Below, piece by piece: positions 56,656-64,000 of a stretch of 64,000 nucleotides of DNA (position 1 is its first letter; every line of letters begins with the position of its first letter). The notes beneath the pieces are model-generated. The model was not told the origin of the DNA, ran no database searches, and saw nothing but the letters and a program-made list of their open reading frames with translations. Origin of the DNA: an uncultured Spirochaetota bacterium (GTDB lineage Bacteria; Spirochaetota; Spirochaetia; JAFGXN01); the NCBI GenBank assembly GCA_944388995.1, contig CALXKN010000008.1, positions 17,160 to 81,159 of the forward strand. The letters run 5' to 3'. The position numbers and the translations under genes are program-made.

Positions 56656-59541
56656 TCAGCAGAAATGCGCCATATCGCGCGGATAATACTTGCAGTCGTG
56701 CAGTTCCGTGTCGTCAAGCCCCAGCGCCTTTACCAGGGCAGCAGACGCTATGCACCAGTACCCGCGGTACTGGTTCTTTTTCAAGTCAAATTTTGTTATA
56801 AGCCCATCAGTCTTCGTGTGAATCCACTGTCTTTTAAGATACCGTTTTAACCGCTCAACAGCCGCCGCTTTATTCTCTTTTGAAAGCAGTACCACCTCAT
56901 ATACCGCATTGGAATATTTCGGACAGCAGAGCTTTTCCGTGCGTATCTGCCAGGATGAGTCCAGCGTCTGCATAAGGAAATCCAGATAAAAATCCCGCTG
57001 TTCCGATTTTTGTAACAATTTTCGATAGTCATCCAGAAATTCAGTCCTGTTAAAAAGCATAATCAAGTACAGAACAGTTTCCATATCTTCATAATTATCA
57101 TTGCCGTCCTGTGCGTCTATCAAATGACGCAAAATCAGGTCTACTTCGGGAAGCAGCTCATGCATATCTAGCCCTAAGGAATATCCTGTATAAAATTTGT
57201 AAAATGCATAAGTATATATTTGATATTTAAACGCTCTTATGTCCGATTCTGCCTGATGTTCATCAGTCTCAATATTATGATGATGATACGTTTGCAGTAT
57301 TTCTTTCAGCTTTTGGGAATCTTTCTTGAATCTTTCGTCAAAATATTCCTGGGGTTTGACTTTATCCCTCATCATTCTTACCCGGGGCGGAAGTTTTTCC
57401 CGCTCCTCCTCCGTAAGAAATTGCGACAGTTCAACTAAAAAGGGCTCTATAAACTCCGACATGAGTTTCGCTTTATTCCCGGCTGAGTGATCATAAGGTA
57501 TTTCAATTGCCGATGTCCGCCGTTTCTCATCCTTCCACAAGCGTCCTATTTTAATAAATGAACCGCCTTTCTCAAATATGTACAACGATATAATCAGTGT
57601 GCAGTCTTCATACTCACATTCTATATAATCTTGCTCCCCCAAGCAGTAATCTCTGTAGGTAAGATTCCTCAAAGTGGTTATTATCCAGGGTATCCACTCT
57701 TTTTTGATGACAACACTATCCCATGACTGCCATGACCCGGTACCGAAACGGCTGCCGGTTCTGGTGTTGATTCGTAGTTCGCCTTTGGGACTCCAGGGCG
57801 TGGGAAGTTTTTTCCGTTCTTCTTCAGGAAGAAATTGTGACAAGGCCACTAAGAAGGGTTCTATAAATTCCGACATGATTTTCAAGTCGTTGTCCGATTC
57901 TTCAAAATTAAATTCGAAACGGGTATAACGCCACTTTGATGTCAGGGTATAACTCTGCTCATTTTTTGCATGCCAAGGAAAATAAGGTATTTCAAGTGCC
58001 GGCGATATCTTCTTTTCATCCTTCCACATGGGAAATATTTTTATATAGGAATACCCATCCCCTATAGGACAGATACTTAATGTTAATTGGCACGTTCCCC
58101 ATTTATTTATGATGCTTTCAACTCCTGTTTGATAATTATCAACACTAAGATTTCTCAATGTGCTTATTATCCAGGGTATCCGGTTTTTTTGTATAACAAT
58201 ACTTTTCTGCTGCCCGCCGCCGAATGTACCGGTTCTTTTTCCGTTAATCCGTAATTCATCGTTATCTAATTCCTCGAAGCTGTATTCAAAATCGGCATTC
58301 AGAGTTTTTTTGCTTTGATATTTTGTTATCTTCTCTATTTTGGCTACTATCGATTCGTCGTCCGACTTATCGGTTTCGCCTGCATACCAATCTTTGCCTT
58401 CGAGCCATACCCCGAACCAGAAAGGAAGATCCCCCCAAGGTCTTTGACAGAGTTCTTTCTTTTCGTTGACACTCCAGGGGGGCGACAGTTTACCCCTTTC
58501 TTCTTCCGTGAGAAACTGCGACAATGCAACCAGAAACGGCTCTATAAATTCCGACATTAATTTTGTTTCTTTCCGGGATACATAGGGTATTTCAATATTC
58601 CATGAACTCTTATTTTCATTTTTCCAGACAGGATAAATTTTGATATAGGAATAATCAAAGGGTACTACATTTATAATAAAACTTAAATTACAGTAACCGT
58701 ATTCATATACGAGAGTTTGCGGGGTGTTATAATCGTCGATAGTGGCATTTCTTAGTGTGGTAATGATCAAAGGTATCCACGCTTTTTTTATGATAATACT
58801 TTCCCATTGTCCCCTGCCGAATGAATCTGTTCGCTTTGCATTGATTTCCAACTCGTCATCATTTAATTCTTCATTGTCAGCTTTTTCCTCAAAATAAAAT
58901 TCGAAATGAACATTCCCGCCCTTACTGATCAGGTATTCTTTTTCTGCCAGTCCGTATTGTGTTATACCGGTCATTGCTTTGAAAAAATTGAGGGAACCGC
59001 TTTCCTTATCGGCAAAAATGATGTTCTGTTTTTTGTTTTCCCTCCAGGGAGGCGGAAGTTGTGTTCTTTCTTCTTCGGTAAGGAATTGTGCCAATTCAAC
59101 CAAAACAGGTTCGATAAATTCCGCCATTAACCTGCTTTTATCCCAGGGTAGATATGGTATTTCAATAAACGGTGTCGTTTTTTCCTTCGGTTCCTTCCAT
59201 ATGGGCATTATTTGAAGGGTCGCATAATCTTTGGCAGATGGTAAAAACTCCAGATTGACTTGACATTCTTCATATTCGTGAACGATATGTCTGTTCCAAA
59301 TCCCTTCCGGAAAGTTGATGTCGTAATCCTCAAAAGGAAGGGTTCTCAGTGTGGTGATAATCCGGGAAATCCACGCTTTTTTTATGACGATACAGTAATA
59401 CAAAGGCATACGTTCCGCTTCATCCAACAATGGAAAGGTTATTTTTTCGAAAATCCGTATTTCGTCGTTGTCCGATTCCTCAAAATGAAATTCAAAGGTA
59501 TCGGATATTTCGGCATCTCCCCTTCTGCCTGTAATGAACAT
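56656..59541 (-). CDS. Large modular protein with four rearranged ~170-200-aa tandem repeats plus a C-terminal domain paralogous to ORF 59781..60401
   Basis: Repeats fall at roughly aa 16-212, 213-417, 418-541 and 542-~740, with shared motifs FEFxFEESDNDELRI..KRTxxFGxGQWxSIxIKKxWIPxIITTLRN..DY, ..YIKIxPxWKxExK..EIPY.. and KLMSEFIEPFLVxLSQFLTEEERxKLPPPW. The C-terminal ~200 aa is about 70% identical to the stand-alone ORF upstream. Confidence 0.7.
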   Translation of the reverse strand: MFITGRRGDAEISDTFEFHFEESDNDEIRIFEKITFPLLDEAERMPLYYCIVIKKAWISRIITTLRTLPFEDYDINFPEGIWNRHIVHEYEECQVNLEFLPSAKDYATLQIMPIWKEPKEKTTPFIEIPYLPWDKSRLMAEFIEPVLVELAQFLTEEERTQLPPPWRENKKQNIIFADKESGSLNFFKAMTGITQYGLAEKEYLISKGGNVHFEFYFEEKADNEELNDDELEINAKRTDSFGRGQWESIIIKKAWIPLIITTLRNATIDDYNTPQTLVYEYGYCNLSFIINVVPFDYSYIKIYPVWKNENKSSWNIEIPYVSRKETKLMSEFIEPFLVALSQFLTEEERGKLSPPWSVNEKKELCQRPWGDLPFWFGVWLEGKDWYAGETDKSDDESIVAKIEKITKYQSKKTLNADFEYSFEELDNDELRINGKRTGTFGGGQQKSIVIQKNRIPWIISTLRNLSVDNYQTGVESIINKWGTCQLTLSICPIGDGYSYIKIFPMWKDEKKISPALEIPYFPWHAKNEQSYTLTSKWRYTRFEFNFEESDNDLKIMSEFIEPFLVALSQFLPEEERKKLPTPWSPKGELRINTRTGSRFGTGSWQSWDSVVIKKEWIPWIITTLRNLTYRDYCLGEQDYIECEYEDCTLIISLYIFEKGGSFIKIGRLWKDEKRRTSAIEIPYDHSAGNKAKLMSEFIEPFLVELSQFLTEEEREKLPPRVRMMRDKVKPQEYFDERFKKDSQKLKEILQTYHHHNIETDEHQAESDIRAFKYQIYTYAFYKFYTGYSLGLDMHELLPEVDLILRHLIDAQDGNDNYEDMETVLYLIMLFNRTEFLDDYRKLLQKSEQRDFYLDFLMQTLDSSWQIRTEKLCCPKYSNAVYEVVLLSKENKAAAVERLKRYLKRQWIHTKTDGLITKFDLKKNQYRGYWCIASAALVKALGLDDTELHDCKYYPRDMAHFC

Positions 59542-59780
59542 TGCATCTACCAGTTTAAGAAAAGCTTTTGTATCAGCGGATTGGGCAGATTCTTCATGTT
59601 GATCGTCTTCTTTATTATATTTTATTCCGACTCCTAAGGAACGCAGCCGTCATATCGAAGGGGTGCAACGGTATGACGGCCAACACTCCGCTTTCACGCG
59701 GTGGTCTTATGCTGTTCATGTCGATACCGGACCGCTTCCGACACAACCGAATGAAGTTTTCCGATTTTCCGAATCAATTT

Positions 59781-60401
59781 CTAACAGAAATGGGTCATAT
59801 CGTAGGGATAGTATTTACAGTCTTTCAGTTCCGTATCGTCAAGTTTGAGGGCTTTTACCAAAGCGGCGGCGGCGATGCACCAATACCCCCGGTACCACCC
59901 TATTTTCAGATCCCGGTTGGTTATAACACCTTCGGTTAATGACATAAACCACTGCCTTTTAAGATACCTCTTTAACCGCTGGACGGCTTCCGCCTTGTTT
60001 TCTTTTGACAGCATTACCACCTCGTATACCGAATTGGTCTCTTTGGGGCAACGAAGTTTTTCCGTACTTATCTGCCATGTGGAGTCTACTATCTGTACAA
60101 GATAATCCAGGTAAAAATCCCGCATTTTCGATTTTTGTAATAACTCCTTATATTCATCCAGAAATTCTGTCCGGTTAAAAAGAATGATTAAGTATATAAT
60201 CATTTCCATATCATCATAACCTCTGTCCCTTTCTCTCGTTGTATCAATCAAATTTCTTATGATAAGGTCTACTTCGGGAAGCAGCTCATTCATACCAAGC
60301 CCCAGGGAATAGCCTGCATAAAATTTACAAGCTGCTTCCATATATATGTGATATTTAAACGACCATACATTATATTTTTCCGGATGGCTTATTCTCTTCA
60401 T
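59781..60401 (-). CDS. Stand-alone paralogue of the C-terminal domain of the 961-aa protein (unknown function)
   Basis: FKYHIYMEAACKFYAGYSLGLGMNELLPEVDLIIRNLID...YRGYWCIAAAALVKALKLDDTELKDCKYYPYDMTHFC aligns with FKYQIYTYAFYKFYTGYSLGLDMHELLPEVDLILRHLID...CKYYPRDMAHFC. Confidence 0.65.
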   Translation of the reverse strand: MKRISHPEKYNVWSFKYHIYMEAACKFYAGYSLGLGMNELLPEVDLIIRNLIDTTRERDRGYDDMEMIIYLIILFNRTEFLDEYKELLQKSKMRDFYLDYLVQIVDSTWQISTEKLRCPKETNSVYEVVMLSKENKAEAVQRLKRYLKRQWFMSLTEGVITNRDLKIGWYRGYWCIAAAALVKALKLDDTELKDCKYYPYDMTHFC

Positions 60402-60642
60402 ATTTACTCATCCGTTCAGCAAGATCAGACGCATCCTTATTATATCTTTCCCTAAAATATTCTTCTGTTTTTATGGTGTCTCTCATCTGTTATTCCTTGT
60501 GTATTTTGTAAATTTTTGGTTTATTCTCGTTATACATAACATTGCCATTTTCATCAAGTTGGTAATATGTTACTTTTCCTCCCTTCGGAACGCCTGCGGC
60601 GTGGCTACAATCCTTTGTGCGAGAAGATTTTTATCAATGGTG

Positions 60643-60700
60643 TCCGTACACACCCATTGATGTTGTCAAAGAACTCCTTCTGTACGGAGATAGGGGGAGG
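60643..60700. repeat. 58-bp perfect direct repeat, copy 1 (copy 2 at 63943..64000)
   Basis: tccgtacacacccattgatgttgtcaaagaactccttctgtacggagatagggggagg is identical at both sites. Contains an internal 8-bp inverted repeat (tccgtaca/tgtacgga). Confidence 0.9.
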
Positions 60701-60701
60701 G

Positions 60702-60929
60702 TTATTCAAAAGTTATTACCATATGCGAACCTGCCGTTTTTTCGGTTACTTTCTGTATAATCTCTTTTTTGTCATCTTCAGTTAATGGCTCGTTTTCTGG
60801 AACAAGCCAATTTTTCATTGAACTTTTATAACAGACAAAACCGCCTACTATCATTTCGCCTGCGATTCTCGCAGTTCTGCCATCGAGTTCTACATCTATG
60901 TATGTGTTTGTTCCGGTTATTTTTGTCAT
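60702..60929 (-). CDS. Small hypothetical protein, possibly an immunity protein; a truncated copy of its 5' end lies at 62318..62350
   Basis: 75-aa ORF 8 nt downstream of a DUF600-like gene. Its first ~10 codons recur after the second DUF600-like gene. Confidence 0.45.
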   Translation of the reverse strand: MTKITGTNTYIDVELDGRTARIAGEMIVGGFVCYKSSMKNWLVPENEPLTEDDKKEIIQKVTEKTAGSHMVITFE

Positions 60930-60938
60930 ATATTAATC

Positions 60939-61271
60939 CTATGCATTATCCCATTCGTCTTGAAGAGCCTGATCCCATTCAAAGGTCATATCAAAGTGAC
61001 CGTTCTTTTCAAGGGTGTAAATAGCTTTGTTCCATTGTGCAAAATGTAACTCTTTTGCACTATTATGAAATTTTATTAAATCAATTTTTGTTTCTCGATT
61101 AAGTGCTAAGTTTAAAGCATTTTTCCATTCTCCATTAATCTGATATTTTGCATTCGTACCAATATATTTATCACTACATTCAATATTCAGTTCAATTTTA
61201 TCCCAAGAGGAATCAATACTATCATTCAATTGCGAACCAATATTTTTATATATATCTTCAATATTTTTCAT
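60939..61271 (-). CDS. DUF600/EsaG(YezG)-like immunity protein, paralogue 1
   Basis: N-terminus IYKNIGSQLNDSIDSSWDKIEL resembles EsaG IYNEIANEISSMIPVEWEKVY. Its C-terminal block NGHFDMTFEWDQ is shared with paralogue 2. Sits immediately downstream of the nuclease toxin fragment. Confidence 0.55.
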   Translation of the reverse strand: MKNIEDIYKNIGSQLNDSIDSSWDKIELNIECSDKYIGTNAKYQINGEWKNALNLALNRETKIDLIKFHNSAKELHFAQWNKAIYTLEKNGHFDMTFEWDQALQDEWDNA

Positions 61272-61283
61272 AAATACTCCTAT

Positions 61284-61648
61284 TAATTTAAGAAGAACAA
61301 ATTTTCTGTTTTTTCTATTTTTCCATCCGATGTTTTTATAATGTATGTTACATCAAAATCTGTCGGTCTTAGATTATCAGCATAGTTTATTTTTATATCA
61401 ACTTCAACCTTTTTTCCCTCTGAAAGTGCATCGTTCCATTTTTTTTCCATGGTTTTCCATTCACCATTATTTAGTGTGGCGGTTTGTGGAACATAATTTA
61501 TTTGTTCTCCAGGACCATTGAAAATTCTTGCAATAATATGTCCGCCCTGGTCATCACCTTTAATACCATCTTTTATATCAACTGATTTTCCTTGTTGATA
61601 AACATTTCTGTCTTTTGTTTCAAGTTTTAATTCTCCGCTTACTTTGTT
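61284..61648 (-). pseudogene. Orphan C-terminal fragment of a His-Me-finger (Serratia-type / Endonuclease_NS) non-specific nuclease toxin domain; no start codon
   Basis: A stop-to-stop frame translates to ..KDGIKGDDQGGHIIARIFNGPGEQINYVPQTATLNNGEWKTMEKKWNDALSEGKKVEVDIKINY.., with the His-Me-finger catalytic His in GGH (canonical DRGH) and the metal-ligating Asn in N-Y-VPQ (Serratia nuclease N-I-TPQ..LNQGAW). In-frame tag and taa stops lie upstream and there is no ATG before the motif. Confidence 0.55.
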
Positions 61649-61731
61649 TTACAACTATTTTCTTTTACTTGCAATTGTTCCAAAACGATTAAGTGCAGCA
61701 ACAATATCTTCATAATCAGCATCTATTTCAT

Positions 61732-62262
61732 CTAACTGTCCCAGATTTCCTTAAATTTTAAACCTTTGATACTGTTTTTCTTAACAATATCTATAAACTC
61801 ATCTGTTACAAAATAATCTCGAATAATTAATTGATTTTGTAGTTTAACTTGAAAAAGAGGTGGATAATTGTTTTCCTTAAAATAATATTGCTCAACACCT
61901 AAAATATCATTCTCAAAATACTTATATTTAGTTTTTTTTCGATCTAAGCAGTCCAAAACAGTTAAATTATTTAATAGTACAAAATCGTCATTAAGCGGAA
62001 CAAATCTTATATTTATTTGAGAAATGTCAGAAAGTACTGCCATAAATTTTTTATTTATGAAGAATCCTCTACAATCATAACATTCACAAATATCCCCTGC
62101 AGGATTATTAGAATCTCTATCGTATTCTAATTGAAAATCAGAAGGAATGCTTATTTCTATACCTTTATTAAACTGACGTAAAATTTTTCTATCAGTTTCT
62201 TCGTTTTTTATATAGCATCCTTTGTAATTATCAATATCTGTTTCTAAAATGTATATTTTCAT
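61732..62262 (-). CDS. Hypothetical protein (putative immunity protein) with a G8 tract in its RBS
   Basis: 176-aa ORF in the immunity-gene array. The run ggggggggatatATG sits immediately upstream of its start. Confidence 0.5.
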   Translation of the reverse strand: MKIYILETDIDNYKGCYIKNEETDRKILRQFNKGIEISIPSDFQLEYDRDSNNPAGDICECYDCRGFFINKKFMAVLSDISQINIRFVPLNDDFVLLNNLTVLDCLDRKKTKYKYFENDILGVEQYYFKENNYPPLFQVKLQNQLIIRDYFVTDEFIDIVKKNSIKGLKFKEIWDS

Positions 62263-62266
62263 ATAT

Positions 62267-62274
62267 CCCCCCCC
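62267..62274 (-). repeat. Homopolymeric G8 tract (C8 on the plus strand) 4 nt upstream of the start codon of ORF 61732..62262
   Basis: Plus strand reads atatatccccccccTAATTG; the ATG of the minus-strand gene is at 62260-62262. Confidence 0.9.
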
Positions 62275-62362
62275 TAATTGTGAATTTTTAAGAAACCACT
62301 CAATAATTCCTTTCGGATTGTTTGTATGTGTTTGTTCCGGTTATTTTTGTCATATATTAATC

Positions 62363-62686
62363 CTATGCATTATCCCATTCGTCTTGGAGAGTTTGATCCC
62401 ATTCAAATGTCATATCAAAATGACCATTCCTTTCAAGAGAGTAAACAGCTTTGTTCCATTTATGCTCAGGCGACATAGATTCTTGAAGTTCAAAAACGCT
62501 ATCCATTAAAGTATTTACAGTTAATAAAGGAAACTTTAATTCTTTTTTTTCAAACGATGATAAAGTATATTCTGCCTGAAATGAACACATTTTATTTAGA
62601 CTTGATTCTATTTTTACAGTCACTTTTTCCCATTTACCGGAAATATTATCTTGAACCGCCTTGCCTAATTCTTTATATAAATCCAT
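62363..62686 (-). CDS. DUF600/EsaG(YezG)-like immunity protein, paralogue 2
   Basis: GKWEKVTVKIE ... WNKAVYSLERNGHFDMTFEWDQTLQDEWDNA. Its C-terminal 40 aa is nearly identical to 60939..61271. Confidence 0.55.
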   Translation of the reverse strand: MDLYKELGKAVQDNISGKWEKVTVKIESSLNKMCSFQAEYTLSSFEKKELKFPLLTVNTLMDSVFELQESMSPEHKWNKAVYSLERNGHFDMTFEWDQTLQDEWDNA

Positions 62687-62732
62687 AGCATCTCCATTAA
62701 TTGTTGAATATTTTTTTGAATAGTTGGCTCAT

Positions 62733-63842
62733 TTATTTCTCTTTATTTAAAATAAACAGATACTCAGAGACGTGTATATTACGGTTATTCAAATTTCTGC
62801 TTCCCCGGAATGTATTATAAGTCATTTCAACGGTTTTCAGTTTTCCGTAGTGTTCCAGCATTGTTTTCATTTGCTCAAAAGTAATAAATCCTTCAGAATT
62901 ATAAGAGATAATGACAAACTTTGAATCAATTTTATCTATGATTTTTTCCATGGATTTTAAGGCTGAATAAGGTTTGTTGAATTCCGAGCGGTTCCAATCC
63001 TGAGTTATCCCTGAAACTTTACTGATTTCAGCATCCAGCCTGTTCTTTATGATAAGATTCAGCATAAAATAATTTGAACCATAGGGATGCTGGTTATACG
63101 GGGGATCCAGATAAGTAATATCTATTTTTTTTAATTCCCCGGCAAGTTCCACAGCATCTTTTTTATAGATTTTAACCTTTGAATTGAAATTGCTTAAAAC
63201 CGGCTCTTTCAGTTCTATTTTTCCAAAAATGCGGGTTAAAGCGTTTTTCCCGGCAGCGCCGAAACATCCGATTCCGGTATTTTTGTCCTTGTAAAACCCT
63301 TTGAAAACCCCGCTTGTATTGACATGAACCGAAGCCTCCGTTACGAGCGGCGCTAAAAAAAATTTTTTCATGTCTTCTTCCTGCACCACTTTATCAATCA
63401 GACTGCGGTAAGTGTCGATTAACAGAGCGTTCTCATGGGTATAAAAAACCCTTTCTCCTCTTTGAATATTTCCGTCATCCTGAGGGGCATAATTTTTTGT
63501 GATAATTCTCGGTTCTTTTTTGCTGCGGCACATTTCTTCTATTATTGATTTATATTCCCGCCATTTTTCATGCGGAAAATCTTTTTTGTCAGTCAGATAG
63601 CATTCATTGATGAGGCGGGAATATTCTTCCAGATCATTGGCAATTAAAACACTGCTGTATTTTTTCAGCATCCGGGCAACAATTCCCGAACCGGAGAAAA
63701 TATCCGCACAAACAAGTTTTTCTTTTCCCAATAAACCGGCAATTTTTTTGACTTCTTCTTCTATATTCCTGATAAGCTGCCGTTTGTTCCTGATATAAGT
63801 AATGATCTGTGCAGTAAGATATTCTTTATTTTCTTCTTTCAT
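62733..63842 (-). CDS. DNA N6-adenine methyltransferase (DPPY motif), either orphan or part of an R-M system beyond the window
   Basis: Motif I DIFSGSG and motif IV TYLDPPYNQHPYGSNYF. No restriction endonuclease gene is visible within the window. Confidence 0.7.
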   Translation of the reverse strand: MKEENKEYLTAQIITYIRNKRQLIRNIEEEVKKIAGLLGKEKLVCADIFSGSGIVARMLKKYSSVLIANDLEEYSRLINECYLTDKKDFPHEKWREYKSIIEEMCRSKKEPRIITKNYAPQDDGNIQRGERVFYTHENALLIDTYRSLIDKVVQEEDMKKFFLAPLVTEASVHVNTSGVFKGFYKDKNTGIGCFGAAGKNALTRIFGKIELKEPVLSNFNSKVKIYKKDAVELAGELKKIDITYLDPPYNQHPYGSNYFMLNLIIKNRLDAEISKVSGITQDWNRSEFNKPYSALKSMEKIIDKIDSKFVIISYNSEGFITFEQMKTMLEHYGKLKTVEMTYNTFRGSRNLNNRNIHVSEYLFILNKEK

Positions 63843-63942
63843 GGCTGTAAAGATTTATATTGTTCCAAATTTCCGGTTTATTCTATGCTTTTTGACAGAC
63901 CTTTATACTCAGTATCCCTCTCCGCAAAAATCAACCCGGATT

Positions 63943-64000
63943 TCCGTACACACCCATTGATGTTGTCAAAGAACTCCTTCTGTACGGAGATAGGGGGAGG
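63943..64000. repeat. 58-bp perfect direct repeat, copy 2 (cut by the window end)
   Basis: Identical to 60643..60700, about 100 bp upstream of the methyltransferase start. Confidence 0.9.

Noticed and set aside
56656-59541. Diversity-generating retroelement or CRISPR-like explanation for the internal repeats
   Set aside because: No reverse transcriptase, template repeat or Cas genes lie nearby. The repeats are about 500 bp, protein-coding and in frame, so they are not spacer/repeat units. Ordinary tandem domain duplication with unequal crossing-over explains them.
62249-62509. 86-aa plus-strand ORF (MYIFIYPPPNCEF...)
   Set aside because: It is antisense to the end of the DUF600-like gene and to the gene start, and its PPP is simply the C8 tract. 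It is not coding.

Overview
This 64-kb window looks like the replication-origin region of a spirochaete-like (Treponema-type) chromosome. The organism call is an inference from gene order: rpmH-rnpA-yidD-yidC-jag and dnaA-dnaN-recF-DUF721 all lie on the minus strand, diverging from gyrB-gyrA on the plus strand, with parA-parB and two parS sites nearby. FlgM and a NanA-type lyase are also present. Most of the window (1-55,200) is well-behaved core genome of about 50% GC. It holds housekeeping genes (pheA, pepD, rsmI, nif3, lspA, thyX, rsmE, mnmA, dnaX-ybaB-recR, a flavodiiron protein, corA and others), several secreted proteins and lipoproteins, tRNA-Ser and a probable SRP RNA upstream of dnaX. 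Several genes (rsmI, pepD, nif3-like, gyrB, oppA-like) have sigma70-like -10 boxes only 5-7 nt upstream of the ATG, suggesting leaderless mRNAs. The last ~9 kb (55,250-64,000) is an accessory island, and that is where the unusual material is. Its 60.4-63.9 kb part is AT-rich. The island contains a MntA/HepT-type (nucleotidyltransferase/HEPN) toxin-antitoxin pair bracketed by two near-identical 166-bp GC-rich structured direct repeats. Next comes a 961-aa protein built from four rearranged ~170-200-aa tandem modules plus a C-terminal domain, which has a ~70% identical stand-alone paralogue immediately upstream. Beyond that is a poly-immunity locus with two DUF600/EsaG-like paralogues. It includes a start-less orphan C-terminal fragment of a His-Me-finger non-specific nuclease toxin, a G8 homopolymer sitting in the RBS of another putative immunity gene, a DPPY-motif adenine methyltransferase, and 58-bp perfect direct repeats bracketing the AT-rich 3.3-kb segment. 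No CRISPR array, rRNA, transposase or integrase is visible in the window.
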